From: Chlamydiales bacterium
GTDB lineage: Bacteria; Chlamydiota; Chlamydiia; Chlamydiales; JAAZZY01
DNA: 64,000 nucleotides
Direction: 5' to 3'
Assembly: GCA_965206695.1 (NCBI GenBank)
Contig: CBDBKM010000010.1
Coordinates: 1 to 64,000, forward strand
The notes beneath the pieces were generated by a model. The model was not told the origin of the DNA and searched no databases. It saw only the letters and a program-made list of their open reading frames with translations. Positions 10,594-21,763 of the stretch are shown piece by piece (within the stretch, counting starts at the first letter, position 1; every line of letters starts with the position of its first letter). Both the position numbers and the translations under genes were made by a program.

Positions 10594-13500
10594 GTGAAGC
10601 ATATTTTTAAGTTGATAACATTAATCGTTGTTTTTTCATTTGTAACTATCCAAGCAAATCCTACAGATCCGAGTGTGATAGCAGGAGAAGCCGCATGTTT
10701 GCAATATGGGCATAATCTGCAAGTTACAACTTCTGATCAAGCCATTATACATTGGCAAGATTTCTCTATCGCAGCAAACGAGAGAACCGAATTTGTGCAG
10801 CCGAATGCTCATTCAGCCGTATTGAATCGTGTAACGGGTGATAACTTAAGTGAAATTCACGGCACCTTACAAGCCAATGGAAAAGTATATTTCATCAATC
10901 CAAATGGTGTTATCGTAGGTAGCAGTGGTATTGTTGATGTCTCATCTTTTATAGCTTCTACTTTGGATATTACTAACGAAGAATTTATGAATAGAGGGGA
11001 AATAAGTTTTAAAGGGCCCGGCAAAGCCTCCATTGTCAACTTAGGTGTGATCAATGCCCGGGATGGCGATGTTGTCATGATCGCTTTTAACGTACAAAAT
11101 GATGGAGAGATCCATGCAGCTAACGGCTTATCGGGATTAGCAACAGGAAATAACATTTTACTAAAGCCTGCAGGTGAAGAACGGATATTCGTACATGTAT
11201 CATTAGACGACGACGTTGAAAAAGCAGGAATAGGAATCGAAAACAACGGATGCATTGAATCTCTAAAAGCAGAGCTTAAAAGCGATGGTAATTTATATGC
11301 TATGGCCATCAATACAGAAGGTTATATTAATGCTACCGGTGTTGAGGAAAGAGATGGCGCTATTTACTTAGTAGCTAAAGGTGGCCTAGTAGATATTAAC
11401 GGAAATCTAACAGCTAAGAATGCTGATACAGGTGGCACTATTCATATATTAGGTAATTTAATTGATGTATGGGATGAGACTTATATTGATGTATCAGGGG
11501 AAAATGGTGGTGGAGAAGTTCTTATCGGTGGTGATAAGCAATGGAAAAATCCTGATGTATACAGTTCACAACGAACCTTTTTAAGCGATGATGCGGTGAT
11601 TGTAGCTGATGCAAAAAAAAAATGGAATGGGTGGAAAGGTCATATTATGGTCAGATGGAGATATGTACTGCAACGGAAGCATTTCAGCTAAAGGTGGATC
11701 ACAAGGTGGTGATGGGGGTTTTATGGAAGTATCCGGTAAAGGAATGTATTGCTATTCGCCTAAAGCAATTTCGGCATTAGCTTCTAAAGGTAATAATGGT
11801 CACCTGTTACTAGACCCTACTGATATTACAATGAATATTACAGGCCCTACTACTGATGGATTTACTAATCCTTATGATGGTGGAACAAATGCTACGGCAA
11901 CTCTGAAAATATCAGATGTTACTGATGCTCTTGTTAATGCTAATGTCACCATTATGACAAGTCCGGGAGGTGCTAATCCCGGAATCATAACGATTGCTAA
12001 TGATATTACCTGGGGAACAACTAACACACTAAGTATTACTGCTGATCACCAAATTATTATGAATGCGGGTGTTACGATTAGGAATTTCAATGCTGATGGG
12101 GTAAATTTTGATGCTTTGATGATGACAACACTTGCAACAGCTCCGGCAGCAGGATCATTAGTTGGTTTTAGTATGTTAAATGGTCCTGCCTCATCGATTA
12201 GTACGATAGATGGAAACATCGCAATAACCGCGACTTCTCCCGGAAATTCCGGCACGGATAATTTATGGGATAGGGATGGTCGCCGGGTGTACAATAACTT
12301 CTACCGGATCCGGAAATATTGGCATAACCGGAACAGGAGGAACCGGGTCTACTGATAATTATGGCATTAGCATGACCGGTACCGGGACCTTGATAACAAC
12401 TAATGGAACCGGAGATATTTCCTTAACCGGAACAGGTGGATTGAGTGCCGGAGCGGATAATTATGGCATTGCAATAAGTGCTGCAGCAAAGCTTACCACT
12501 ATCTCAACCGGAACGATTACTGTGATGGCAACGGGAGCCGCTGCAGGTGGTAATAATGCTTCCGGTCTTAGTCTGACGGGCGCCGGTACAGAGATAACTT
12601 CATCGGACAGTGGAAATATTAGTGTTACCGGAACAGGAGGAAATGCAACTGCCGGTAACCAACATCGCGGAGTTGTCCTGTTATCGGGGGCCCAAATAAA
12701 TTCAACAGGAACCGGTGCAGTTGCTGTAACGGGAAGTGGAGGAGCCGGAACTGTTGCTACTAATAGCTCTGCGGGTATTTACTTAGATGGTGCTAATACT
12801 CTAATCACTTCTGCTACCGGAAATTTGACTTTAACGGGTACTGCAGGAGGCGTAACGGTTGCAAGTAATATTAATCACGGTATTCATATGCTTGCCGGTG
12901 CAAAAGTTACCTCAACAGGAACAGGAGCTACAGCTGCTACTGTTGATATGACAGGAACCGGTGGTAGAGTAAATACAGTGGATAATCCTAACTTTGGTGT
13001 TAGGATAGACTCAACTGCCGGTGTTGAGTCTATGGACGGCAATGTAAGCATAACGGGTAATTTCACAGGAGCTACCGGTTTAGTTGACGGTAATGTAGGT
13101 CTTTTCCTGGCAGGAGCTTTAACTTCCATAGGCGATGCGTATTTTACGATAGATGGAACAGGCGGAAGTACAACCGGAGCCACAACTACAAGTGGTAACT
13201 GTGGTTTAATCCTTCAAGGCACTGTTACGACTCTAAATGGTGGGATGATTTTTACAGGACTGGCAGCAAATATAACGTCAACTTCGGGTGCCACAGATAA
13301 CACGGGTATACTCATTGGAGGCGCAGCTGCTTCCACCTTCACATCGACAGGTACCGGTTCTTTTGCCTTTTCCGGAGTCGGGTCGACTAAAAGTGGAGCC
13401 GGAACACTTAGTAATAATAACCGGGGGATCGACATTGACAGTACCGGGGGTACTGTAAGCATCAATTCAACCGGTAATGTTTCATTTATCGGTATTGGTG

Positions 13501-16500
13501 GAGAAGGAACAGGAACTGAAAATAATGGTATATGTATTCAGAAAGTGACCAATCCCTTAACAATCGCTACTACGGGATCCGGGACTATGAGCATCATAGG
13601 GACGACTAAAACAACTAGTCCGAAGGTAAGAACTATTACAATTCTAAGTGATCCAACCACTTCAAATATTGTGATTTCAACAGTTAATGGTGATATGACG
13701 ATAATGGGTACGAATACGAATGTCTCAGGATTGGATAGTAACATAGGGATAGCCCTTAGAAGTGACTCATTATTGAACAATGGCTTATTAACATCCGGAA
13801 GTGGGGATATCATTTTAAAAGGAACCGGAGGCCGTGGTACGGCATGGAACATAGGTGTTGCTCTTCTTAACTGGAGAATTACTACAACCGGATCCGGAGA
13901 TATTCGAATAGAAAATGCTCAAGGCGGCAATGGTACTCTTGATAATAATTATGGTGTTTTTCTCGGACTCGAAGGGATTGTTCAGTCCACGGCCGGGTCA
14001 TCGGGCAATATTATTATCACAGCTGACGGAGGAAGCGGAGGAACGAGTAGTAATGAGGGTATTAGCATACAAAATAGTTCACAAATTTTATCTGATGGAT
14101 CGGGAAATATTTCTTTAACCGGGGTAGGCGGGAATGGAACGACGACAGGCAATACCGGAATAGGTTGTAGAGCGACTATTACTTCAAGTGGGTCAGGAAA
14201 AGTCACTTTAACAGGGACAGCCGGAATGGGCGGGACAGATGATAATAGCGGTATTGATATAATAGGAGGAACGGTTACATCAAACACCGGTAAGATGACC
14301 TTTACGGGGACGGGTAAAGGGTTAGAAAACGGTAATAGCGGAATAAAATTAAATGGTGGAGGGAAGATCCTAACCACAGGTAATGCCGAGGTCTCTTTAA
14401 CAGGTACGGGGGGAGCTGTTTCTACTGAAACTAATAATACCGGAATTGAAATCTCCGGTGATGCTACTCTAACTCTTGCCGGATCGGGTATATTAGATAT
14501 GACAGGAACCGGGGGGACAGGAACAAGCGTCAACAATGGTGTTCATATTGGTAGCACGACAACTCCGAATACTATCATAAGTACTGTCAATGGTAATGCT
14601 AGTATAAAAGGAACGGCTCAAGCTTCGACGATTCTGAATGATAACAATGGTATTCTTATCGATACAGGAGCTGTTGTAACAGCTACCGGAACAGGAAGTT
14701 TTACTTTTATAGGTCAAGGAGGAGGGGGAACCGATAGCAACTGTGGCTTTAGATTAAATACTGCTAATACGGCTATAACTCCAACAGGTGGAGGTAACCT
14801 TTCTATTACCGGAACAGGAGGCACTGTAACAGGCCACCAAAATATTGGTGTGTTGATTAGTACCAGTGCAACCCCTATTACATTAACGGGAACAGGCACT
14901 CTAATACTGAATGGCACAGGAGGATCGAGTGGTACGCTTAACAATATTGGTATGCAGGTTCACGTATCGGATATAACAACCGGAACGGGAACCGTTTCTG
15001 TTATTGGAACAGGCGGTGCAGGAAGTGTATCTGCTAACAACGGCATTTTTCTTTCAACCGGTGGCAGTTTTCACTCAACCGGTAGTAATTTTACTTTTAA
15101 TGGAACGGCAGGGTCTTGGGGCAATAATAGCTATGGGATGCGCTTGACTCAGGCAAACAGTGATATTGTACCCGGTACCGGTAATGTAACGATAACAGCT
15201 ACCGGTGGCACGGGAACCGGATTAACCCATAGTGGTTTTGCGATAGATAGTGGTGCAGCCATTACAATGGGTGCAACCGGGGTCTTATCGATCACCGGAA
15301 CGGCAGTAGCCGGAACAGGATCAAGTGCCGGAATTGTTTTACAAGGACCTTCGACCCTTATCACAACCGGTGGAGATTTTACACTAATAGGCAAGGGCGC
15401 CGGAACTTCCGATCAAAACCATGGAATTATCTTGAATGCAGGAGCTGTTATAGCTAATGCGGGAACAGGAAATTATGTTTTAAACGGGACCGGATCAAAT
15501 ACTGCTGCAACAGGAGCCAGTCATGGTATCTTCATGATCGGAGGGACTATTAACACAACTACCGCTAATCTTTCCATGACGGGTGCTGCCGGAACCGGGA
15601 CAGTCAGTACTGCGATTACGATAGAAAATACATCTGTTATATCAACTACGACGGGTGCCCTAACCTTGGTGAGTACCTCCGGTGTAATTGATCTTCAAGG
15701 GTCTACTTTTTCAACTACAACGGGTCCAATAGATATAACAGTTCCATTACCGTCAGATATCGCTTTAACAACACTTCCTACAACGGCTTCCGGAGATATG
15801 ACCTTTCGAGGGAAGATCACTTTATTAGCCAATAGCACTTTAACAACTACCGGAGATATTACTTGTTTAAATGATATTTCAACTCATTCAGTTACCCCTG
15901 CTAAAACCCTTACATTGATAGCGGATAATATTACGGTTAAAGGGAATATAGATACTTCCGGAGTGGTAGCAGGTGATGACGGAAGAGCTGTTACTGTAAC
16001 AGGCACCGGTACTATTTCTCTTGGAGGTATTTATACAAGTGGAGGAGTTGTTAGCGGCGGTAATGTTGGACCTAATGGAGGAGTTGTCAGTGTGACGACC
16101 AACGGTACTACCGGCACAGGAAATGTAACAGTGGGTGTTATTAACACTTCCGGAACCGGGGGCACGGCTACTAATGGAGATGCCGGCAATATAACGTTGC
16201 AGCCTGATTCCGGTACTCATTCAGCATTCGGTGTAACAGTACCGGATGGCTTTTTAAGTATTAATAGTATCACAGCAAGAGCGGGCGCCCTTAGCGGGGC
16301 TGCCGGCGCTGAAGGTACGGTGAATTTATCCAATACCGGTAGAACAGTTCCCATAGGGGTAGCTTCTATAAAATCCGGATCTGTTACTCTCAATGCAGGA
16401 ACCGTTAATATGGGTGTTATGGAAGCCTATACGGTTTTTGGAACACTTAATTTTACGGCTATAGCCATAGCTCTTCTATCAGATATAGAGGCTTTAGATA

Positions 16501-16934
16501 ATGTGACGATTACCTGTCCGGCTATATCGATACAAACGCGTTTAGCTGCTAACTTATTAGATTTTGCTAATAATATATATAACTCACCAAGTGTACATAT
16601 ATTAGCAAGAGCGTCGGTAAACTTCTCTTCAGCTCCAACAGATACTCTTGGGTTCGCCGGTTCAAATAATGGAGCAGTTTCTAAATATAATAGAGGATTT
16701 TTCCAACAACTATTAACGGGCGGCCCTACAGGCAGGTTAAATTTCGATACGACTTTTCAGTTAAACTCTAAAAAGATTGCAAAGAATGAAAGAACCGCTG
16801 CAAAAATCAGTTCAGAAGGTTTATTTGATTTAGATAGACGTACTTCAAAAATACAGGCTATGAGAGCAACGGTAGATCAGATTGTAAACCTACCGACTAA
16901 AAGAGTAACGCATGCTCAAGAAATTGAAAATTAA
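10594..16934 (+). CDS. Large filamentous-hemagglutinin-like TpsA paralog 2 (~2100 aa if the two +1 frameshifts at the A10 tract ~11613-11622 and ~12261-12264 are corrected)
   Basis: AGGAG then GTG at 10594, signal peptide, TPS domain (FINPNGV). GGKVILWSD, GGDGGFMEVSG and LLLDP, followed by many N-x-G-[IV]...[IL]TGTGG repeats. The three ORFs join after removing one A and one T. Confidence 0.88.
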
Positions 16935-16947
16935 AAAATCAAAGTTC

Positions 16948-16979
16948 AACAAGCTCATCATAATGAGCTTGTTTCTTTT
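16948..16979 (+). terminator. Rho-independent terminator after tpsA2
   Basis: 11-bp stem AACAAGCTCAT / ATGAGCTTGTT with loop CATA, followed by TCTTTT. Confidence 0.75.
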
Positions 16980-16998
16980 AACTTGAAGGAAAACAAAT

Positions 16999-17451
16999 AT
17001 GTCTATTTCAGGAAACCCGCCCCCAAGAGATCTCTCTTCATTTTCTCCTCCCCCTGAAGAGTCTGCTGATGAAAATAAGATAGGGCCTAAAAAATCATTC
17101 CCCCTGTTACAATGGCTAAACCCAAATAGCTTTAGCGGTTCTATAAAACCAATACTTCAATGCCGGTTCTTATGGACAAAGATCATTAAGGATGATAGAA
17201 CAAGCAGCCCTCCTGCGCTAAAATCTTTTAGATGTAAACAAGAACCGGAAACAGTTTTTGGGATCACTATTGGAGTCGGAGGGATGCTTAGCCAAACAAA
17301 CTTGACAGAACATAAGTTTACTCGGCAGCAAGCTGCAGTGAAGGGTTTAAAGGGCCGTGTTTCTTTAAAACTGCCCTCGAAATTGAGGAGCTTGGTTGTT
17401 GAGCTATCAAATAATTCACCCGGTAGATCTTTTCGAGCTTCTCAGCTTTAA
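16999..17451 (+). CDS. Hypothetical protein with Ser/Pro-rich N-terminus, possibly a truncated remnant
   Basis: AAGGA upstream of the ATG; begins MSISGNPPPRDLSSFSPPPEES. No recognisable domain. Confidence 0.4.
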   Translation: MSISGNPPPRDLSSFSPPPEESADENKIGPKKSFPLLQWLNPNSFSGSIKPILQCRFLWTKIIKDDRTSSPPALKSFRCKQEPETVFGITIGVGGMLSQTNLTEHKFTRQQAAVKGLKGRVSLKLPSKLRSLVVELSNNSPGRSFRASQL

Positions 17452-17632
17452 GATCAAATAACAGCAGCCATATCTTTTATCTATTCGATTATCTACGGAT
17501 CGAATAGATAAAATGATTCTTGACATTTTATTTTTAAAATAAAGTATCTGATTACTTTTATGATAATCAAGCGAGAAAACCCTTTGCTTTAGCATTGGGA
17601 TGAGAGCATCTACTTGTTTTTTTGACTTGGTA

Positions 17633-19627
17633 TATACTGCTCGCAGCTGAATCAGAGAATTCATCTTGAAGGACAATGAATATGATTAATAATAATTTTT
17701 TGAAAATTATCGTTAATTCTTTGACCTAATTGCTTTTTCATTTTTGGGATTTCTTCAAAAAAGAACGCTCGGATAGCGTCACTGAAATCAATACATTTCT
17801 CGTAGCACTTATTGTAAGTTTTTTTCTCCCTCATCACCTTCCGGAACCTCTCTATTGGATTCAAATTGGGTGAATATGGCGGCAAGTAATGGATTTTCAT
17901 CTTTGATGTAATAAGAAATTCATTAATCTTTTTGTTTTTATTGGATCGGCCATTATCATAAATAATTTGAATGGATTCTGCACTATAGTACTTTAATTTT
18001 TATTTGATAATATGTTATCCTTCTTTTTTTATACAAACAATAAGGACAAAACAATGCCTAGAGCCTATTCAGTAGATCTTCGAGAGAAAGTATGACAACA
18101 TATAGAAAAACATCATGATAAAAAAACAGCCGGCCATATTTTTCAAGTAGGTATCGCAACAATATATCGATGGATCTTGCAAAAAAAGCAAAAAGGACAT
18201 TTAAAGCCAATCCGCAGAAAATATGCTTATAAGAAATTAGATGATGAGTTGTTATCTAAATATGTAGAAAAACATCCGGATTATTTTTTATCGGAAATTG
18301 CTGATTATTTTTCAGTCACTCCGCAAACGATTTTTTATGCCCTTAAAAGATTAAAAATTACACGAAAAAAAAAACTACTCGCTATAAGGAAAGAGATGAA
18401 AAGAAACGGGAAGCTTTTATGAAAGATTTAAAAAATATTCCCTTTGACAAGAGGATTTATCTCGATGAAACCGGGATTCATCAATTTTTATTTCGTGAGT
18501 CCGGAAGAAGCTTACGCGGCAAAAAAGTTTTTGGAGCGGTTTCAGGAAACCGCTTTATAAGGCAAAATATTATTTCAGCCCTATCTAAAGGGCAGTTTTT
18601 ATCTCCAATGGGTTTTGAAGGTACTTGTAATACCGGGTTATTCAATATTTGGCTTAAGGAAGTTTTGACTCCTCAGCTTACACCCGGTAGTGTTCTTATT
18701 CTTGACAATGCCGGTTTTCACAAGTCAGCGGAAAGCAGGAAAACAGTAGAATCTGCCGGTTGTAAGCTTATGTTTCTTCCTCCCTATTCTCCGGACTTAA
18801 ATCCTATAGAAAAATATTGGGCTAATATGAAAAATAAAGTTAGAGAGATATTACGAAAAGTTACGAATTTTAAATTCGCCATTGATCAAGCAATCTTATC
18901 AATGTAAAATTAAACGACTATAGATGACTTTTCCAAATCTTTTAGAAAGTTTATTATATTATCGGCATTTATCGTATCGTATTCTTGTGCAAAGACTTCC
19001 GGCTTAGCAAGCGATAAAGCTTCTACAAAATGCATTCTAAATTGTTTGTTCGTAGTCGGGAGCGTTTGTATCTCTCCCTTCTTTATCCGGCCGGATACGG
19101 CTTGAGACCGGAATTCAGGATGCACAGCATCCAAAAAATAAATCTTCTCGCCTTTTCCTAATGCAGCTTTCAAGCTCATGTATGACTCTATAAAATCTTG
19201 TTGCCTTTGTGGGTCTAACACGTTCCCGGAACTTTCAATGGCTCTTTGTAGGTAAACGCATGATCTTTGTGAGCCAAGAGGTTATTCCGGATACTGAATA
19301 GATGATGTTATATCGTTCTTTGATGTACTTACAGATTTGTTTTGCATGAAAATAGGTGAATATTTGAAGGTGTTCCAATAACTCTTGCGTCCGCATTTTA
19401 TTTAGTTTACCGGCGCGTGATTCGTTTTTGTCAACGCTTCGTATTCCGTCAAATATCGATATACGCTTGCTATAGCTATTCGATGAGCTTGAGCGATTCT
19501 CAAGGTTAGATTTTTCTTTTGGTGAAAGGTGCATTTATGATGTAGATCAAAATTTAAAGAAGTAAGGTTACTCAAGCACTAACTAATTTTTCAACAAAAT
19601 TTCTCTTATTCAGCTACGAGCAGTATA
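17633..19627 (-). mobile_element. Degenerate IS630-family element D, interrupted by IS630-A copy 2
   Basis: Inverted ends TATACTGCTCGCAGCTGAAT / ATTCAGCTACGAGCAGTATA. Fragments FLDAVHPE, DLEKSS|SAESIQIIYDNGR and LPPYSPNLNPIE rejoin in frame across the insertion. Confidence 0.88.
17984..18922 (+). mobile_element. IS630-A copy 2 (nonsense TGA at orfA codon 14)
   Basis: Near-identical to copy 1. GTA TGA in place of GTA TTA; variant ends TATAGTACTTT / AAACGACTATA. Confidence 0.95.
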
Positions 19628-19773
19628 TACCTTCTGTACTTGGTACACCGGATAACATGATAGATAAGCTTAAAATCACCTAAAAATAAACAACTAAAGC
19701 CTGATCCTGTTCTCTAGATTTCTCAATTCTAAAAACTACTTAGATCGAAACAGATCCATAATTAAAAGAAAAA

Positions 19774-21069
19774 TTATTCAGAAATTCGGCTCATATTATG
19801 CACCTTACAATAGGTTTCTCTAACAAGAAATCCAATACATAAAGAAAGAATTAAACATACGGGAAAGGCTGTTAAAGCAATGATATAATCCCTATCAGAA
19901 AAGGAATGCATTTTCCCTGATACATATTCGGTACCAAAGATTTTTAAAAGCCATCCAATCAGTGGTTGTAAAATAGGTGCTCCTATAGAGATGGATAAAA
20001 GATTAGTGATGCCCATAGCCATTCCTTTTACTTTTTTAGGCAATATCTCGGATACAATGGCAAAGGGTAAGGCATAAACACCTGTAGAAAATCCTAAAAT
20101 AAATAATAACAAGGCCATTAGCCATAAAGGAGTATGAATATAGATAACTAAACACATAAAAATGATGGTGATGATATTTCCTATTAGCATGAGTTTGCGT
20201 CTTCGTTTCAGATACTCTGAATAGTAACCGATGAGAGGAGCTCCAATACAGGCTCCAATAAAGAGTAGGGCTGTTGTATTGGCAGCCGTGTTTAGAACAA
20301 TTGAATAACGCTGCATTAAAAAAGGAATACACCAAAGAGCTGCAAAGGCAGGAACGATGGAAAAGACTAAGCCGGAAAAAAGACCATTAATCCAAATTTG
20401 TGGAATTCTAAGGATATGAACAAAATTCTGAATGCTTTGACGGAAAGACATGCTGAAATGCATGCGCTTACTTTCATCAGGAGTACCGGGAGGCCAATCT
20501 TTTACTACCAAAAAGACTAATGTGCTTAAAACAAGTCCAAAAGTAGCACAAATATAGATGGTTTCTCGCCATCCCCACCAACCTACTGTATGAGCTAAGG
20601 TTATCTGACCAATTCCACCTCCAAAAAGTGCTAAGGTTTCTGTCAAACCGACTAATAACACAAAACGGTGAGGAGGAAACCATCTGGATGCTAAACATAA
20701 AGTCGTTAAGATACCGGGTGCACTCATTAATCCCATAATCAGACGTCCTAACTGGGCTTGCAATAAGGTTTGAGACAGGCCAAAGAAGATACAACCTAAA
20801 GAACACATGATAATGCCAATGATGAGAATCCGCTTAGGACCGAAACGATCAATGAGCATCCCTGTTGGAATTTGCATAACCAAATACGTATAGAAAAAAG
20901 TCGATGTTAGAAATCCGACTTGAACAATATCGATAGAAAAGGCTTCCATTAGTCCTGAAATCATGACACTAGGGGAGCCTTGAAGAAGAAATTGATATGA
21001 CCCAAAAGTAGCGGATAAAAACCACACCATCCAGGGCCTAAAGCTAGCTAGATTCTTTTCTTTATTCAT
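19774..21069 (-). CDS. MFS transporter
   Basis: About 12 hydrophobic segments; motif A GMLIDRFGPKR; GRLIMG; WGWR. Confidence 0.9.
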   Translation of the reverse strand: MNKEKNLASFRPWMVWFLSATFGSYQFLLQGSPSVMISGLMEAFSIDIVQVGFLTSTFFYTYLVMQIPTGMLIDRFGPKRILIIGIIMCSLGCIFFGLSQTLLQAQLGRLIMGLMSAPGILTTLCLASRWFPPHRFVLLVGLTETLALFGGGIGQITLAHTVGWWGWRETIYICATFGLVLSTLVFLVVKDWPPGTPDESKRMHFSMSFRQSIQNFVHILRIPQIWINGLFSGLVFSIVPAFAALWCIPFLMQRYSIVLNTAANTTALLFIGACIGAPLIGYYSEYLKRRRKLMLIGNIITIIFMCLVIYIHTPLWLMALLLFILGFSTGVYALPFAIVSEILPKKVKGMAMGITNLLSISIGAPILQPLIGWLLKIFGTEYVSGKMHSFSDRDYIIALTAFPVCLILSLCIGFLVRETYCKVHNMSRISE

Positions 21070-21340
21070 TTTAGACGTACAATTGCGATGGTTGGTGTTT
21101 ATATATTAACTAGGTGTATTTTGGGCTGTAAATTTCTCTGTTAACTAACATCCGAAGTTTAAAATAAGACAATGATTTTTCATAGCGATATTTCTCTGAA
21201 ATTTCAACTTCTTTTTTTAAGGATGTAAATTCTTTATAATCTTTAATTTATAATTATTGTAAATAAATGAGAGGTTTCAAAAAAAGCCCATTTGGATTAT
21301 TACCGAATTTAAGGATGATGAATTTAAGAACGAGTTGATT

Positions 21341-21742
21341 ATGAAATATTTAATTCCTTTTATATTAGCCTCTCTTTTAGTGAATCACGTGCTGATTTCA
21401 AAAGAGATAAACTTAGCTAAATGCAAAGATCTGTTTATAGCAGGTCCTGATAATCCGGAATTAAAAAAGATCTATAAAGTAAGAACTACTTATTCCGGTC
21501 ATGAAAAGTGTCCCGCTTCATCAGCCGGTATTCCTTGTTTAAAATCTCTAGTAGAGATTAAACAGCAGCCCCGCCTGTCTCGAGTAATGGAAAAGTATTA
21601 TAAGCAAGAGAGTATCATTCAAAGTGAGGAGGGGTCAAGCGCCGTTCCAAAAGCTGTTAATAGTGGGTCGATTGATGTTTTTCAATTTCCATTCTCTTGC
21701 GATCCAAATGATCCGAATAGTTGTAGTAGTTGTCAAAAATAG
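21341..21742 (+). CDS. Hypothetical exported protein with Cys-rich C-terminus
   Basis: MKYLIPFILASLLV signal-like start; ends CDPNDPNSCSSCQK. Confidence 0.55.
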   Translation: MKYLIPFILASLLVNHVLISKEINLAKCKDLFIAGPDNPELKKIYKVRTTYSGHEKCPASSAGIPCLKSLVEIKQQPRLSRVMEKYYKQESIIQSEEGSSAVPKAVNSGSIDVFQFPFSCDPNDPNSCSSCQK

Positions 21743-21763
21743 AAATCAATAAAGGTGTGAAAA

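Larger units (their letters stand above)
17568..19675. mobile_element. IS200/IS605 left end plus collapsed tnpA remnant, hosting IS630-D
   Basis: 17568-17632 matches the left end at 26063-26130 (AAGCGAGAAAACC...GCTTT.GCATTGGGATGA). The minus strand at 19628-19675 reads KLIYHVIRCTKYRR, the TnpA N-terminal motif. Confidence 0.7.

Noticed and set aside
7149..16220. Many minus-strand Pro/Val-rich ORFs within the tpsA genes
   Set aside because: Shadow ORFs from the antisense of Gly/Thr-rich repeats.
12276..16934. Recurring ACCGGA/ACCGGT words suggesting a CRISPR array or DNA repeat
   Set aside because: They are Thr-Gly codon pairs in protein repeats. There are no constant repeats with unique spacers and no cas genes.
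16500..17451. Possible CdiA toxin/immunity pair
   Set aside because: No VENN or pre-toxin motif and no recognisable toxin domain; a terminator separates tpsA2 from the next ORF.
18090..18097. TGA in IS630-A orfA as evidence for stop-codon reassignment
   Set aside because: It replaces a Leu codon, and TGA ends normal genes here (gspD, gspG, DUF58).
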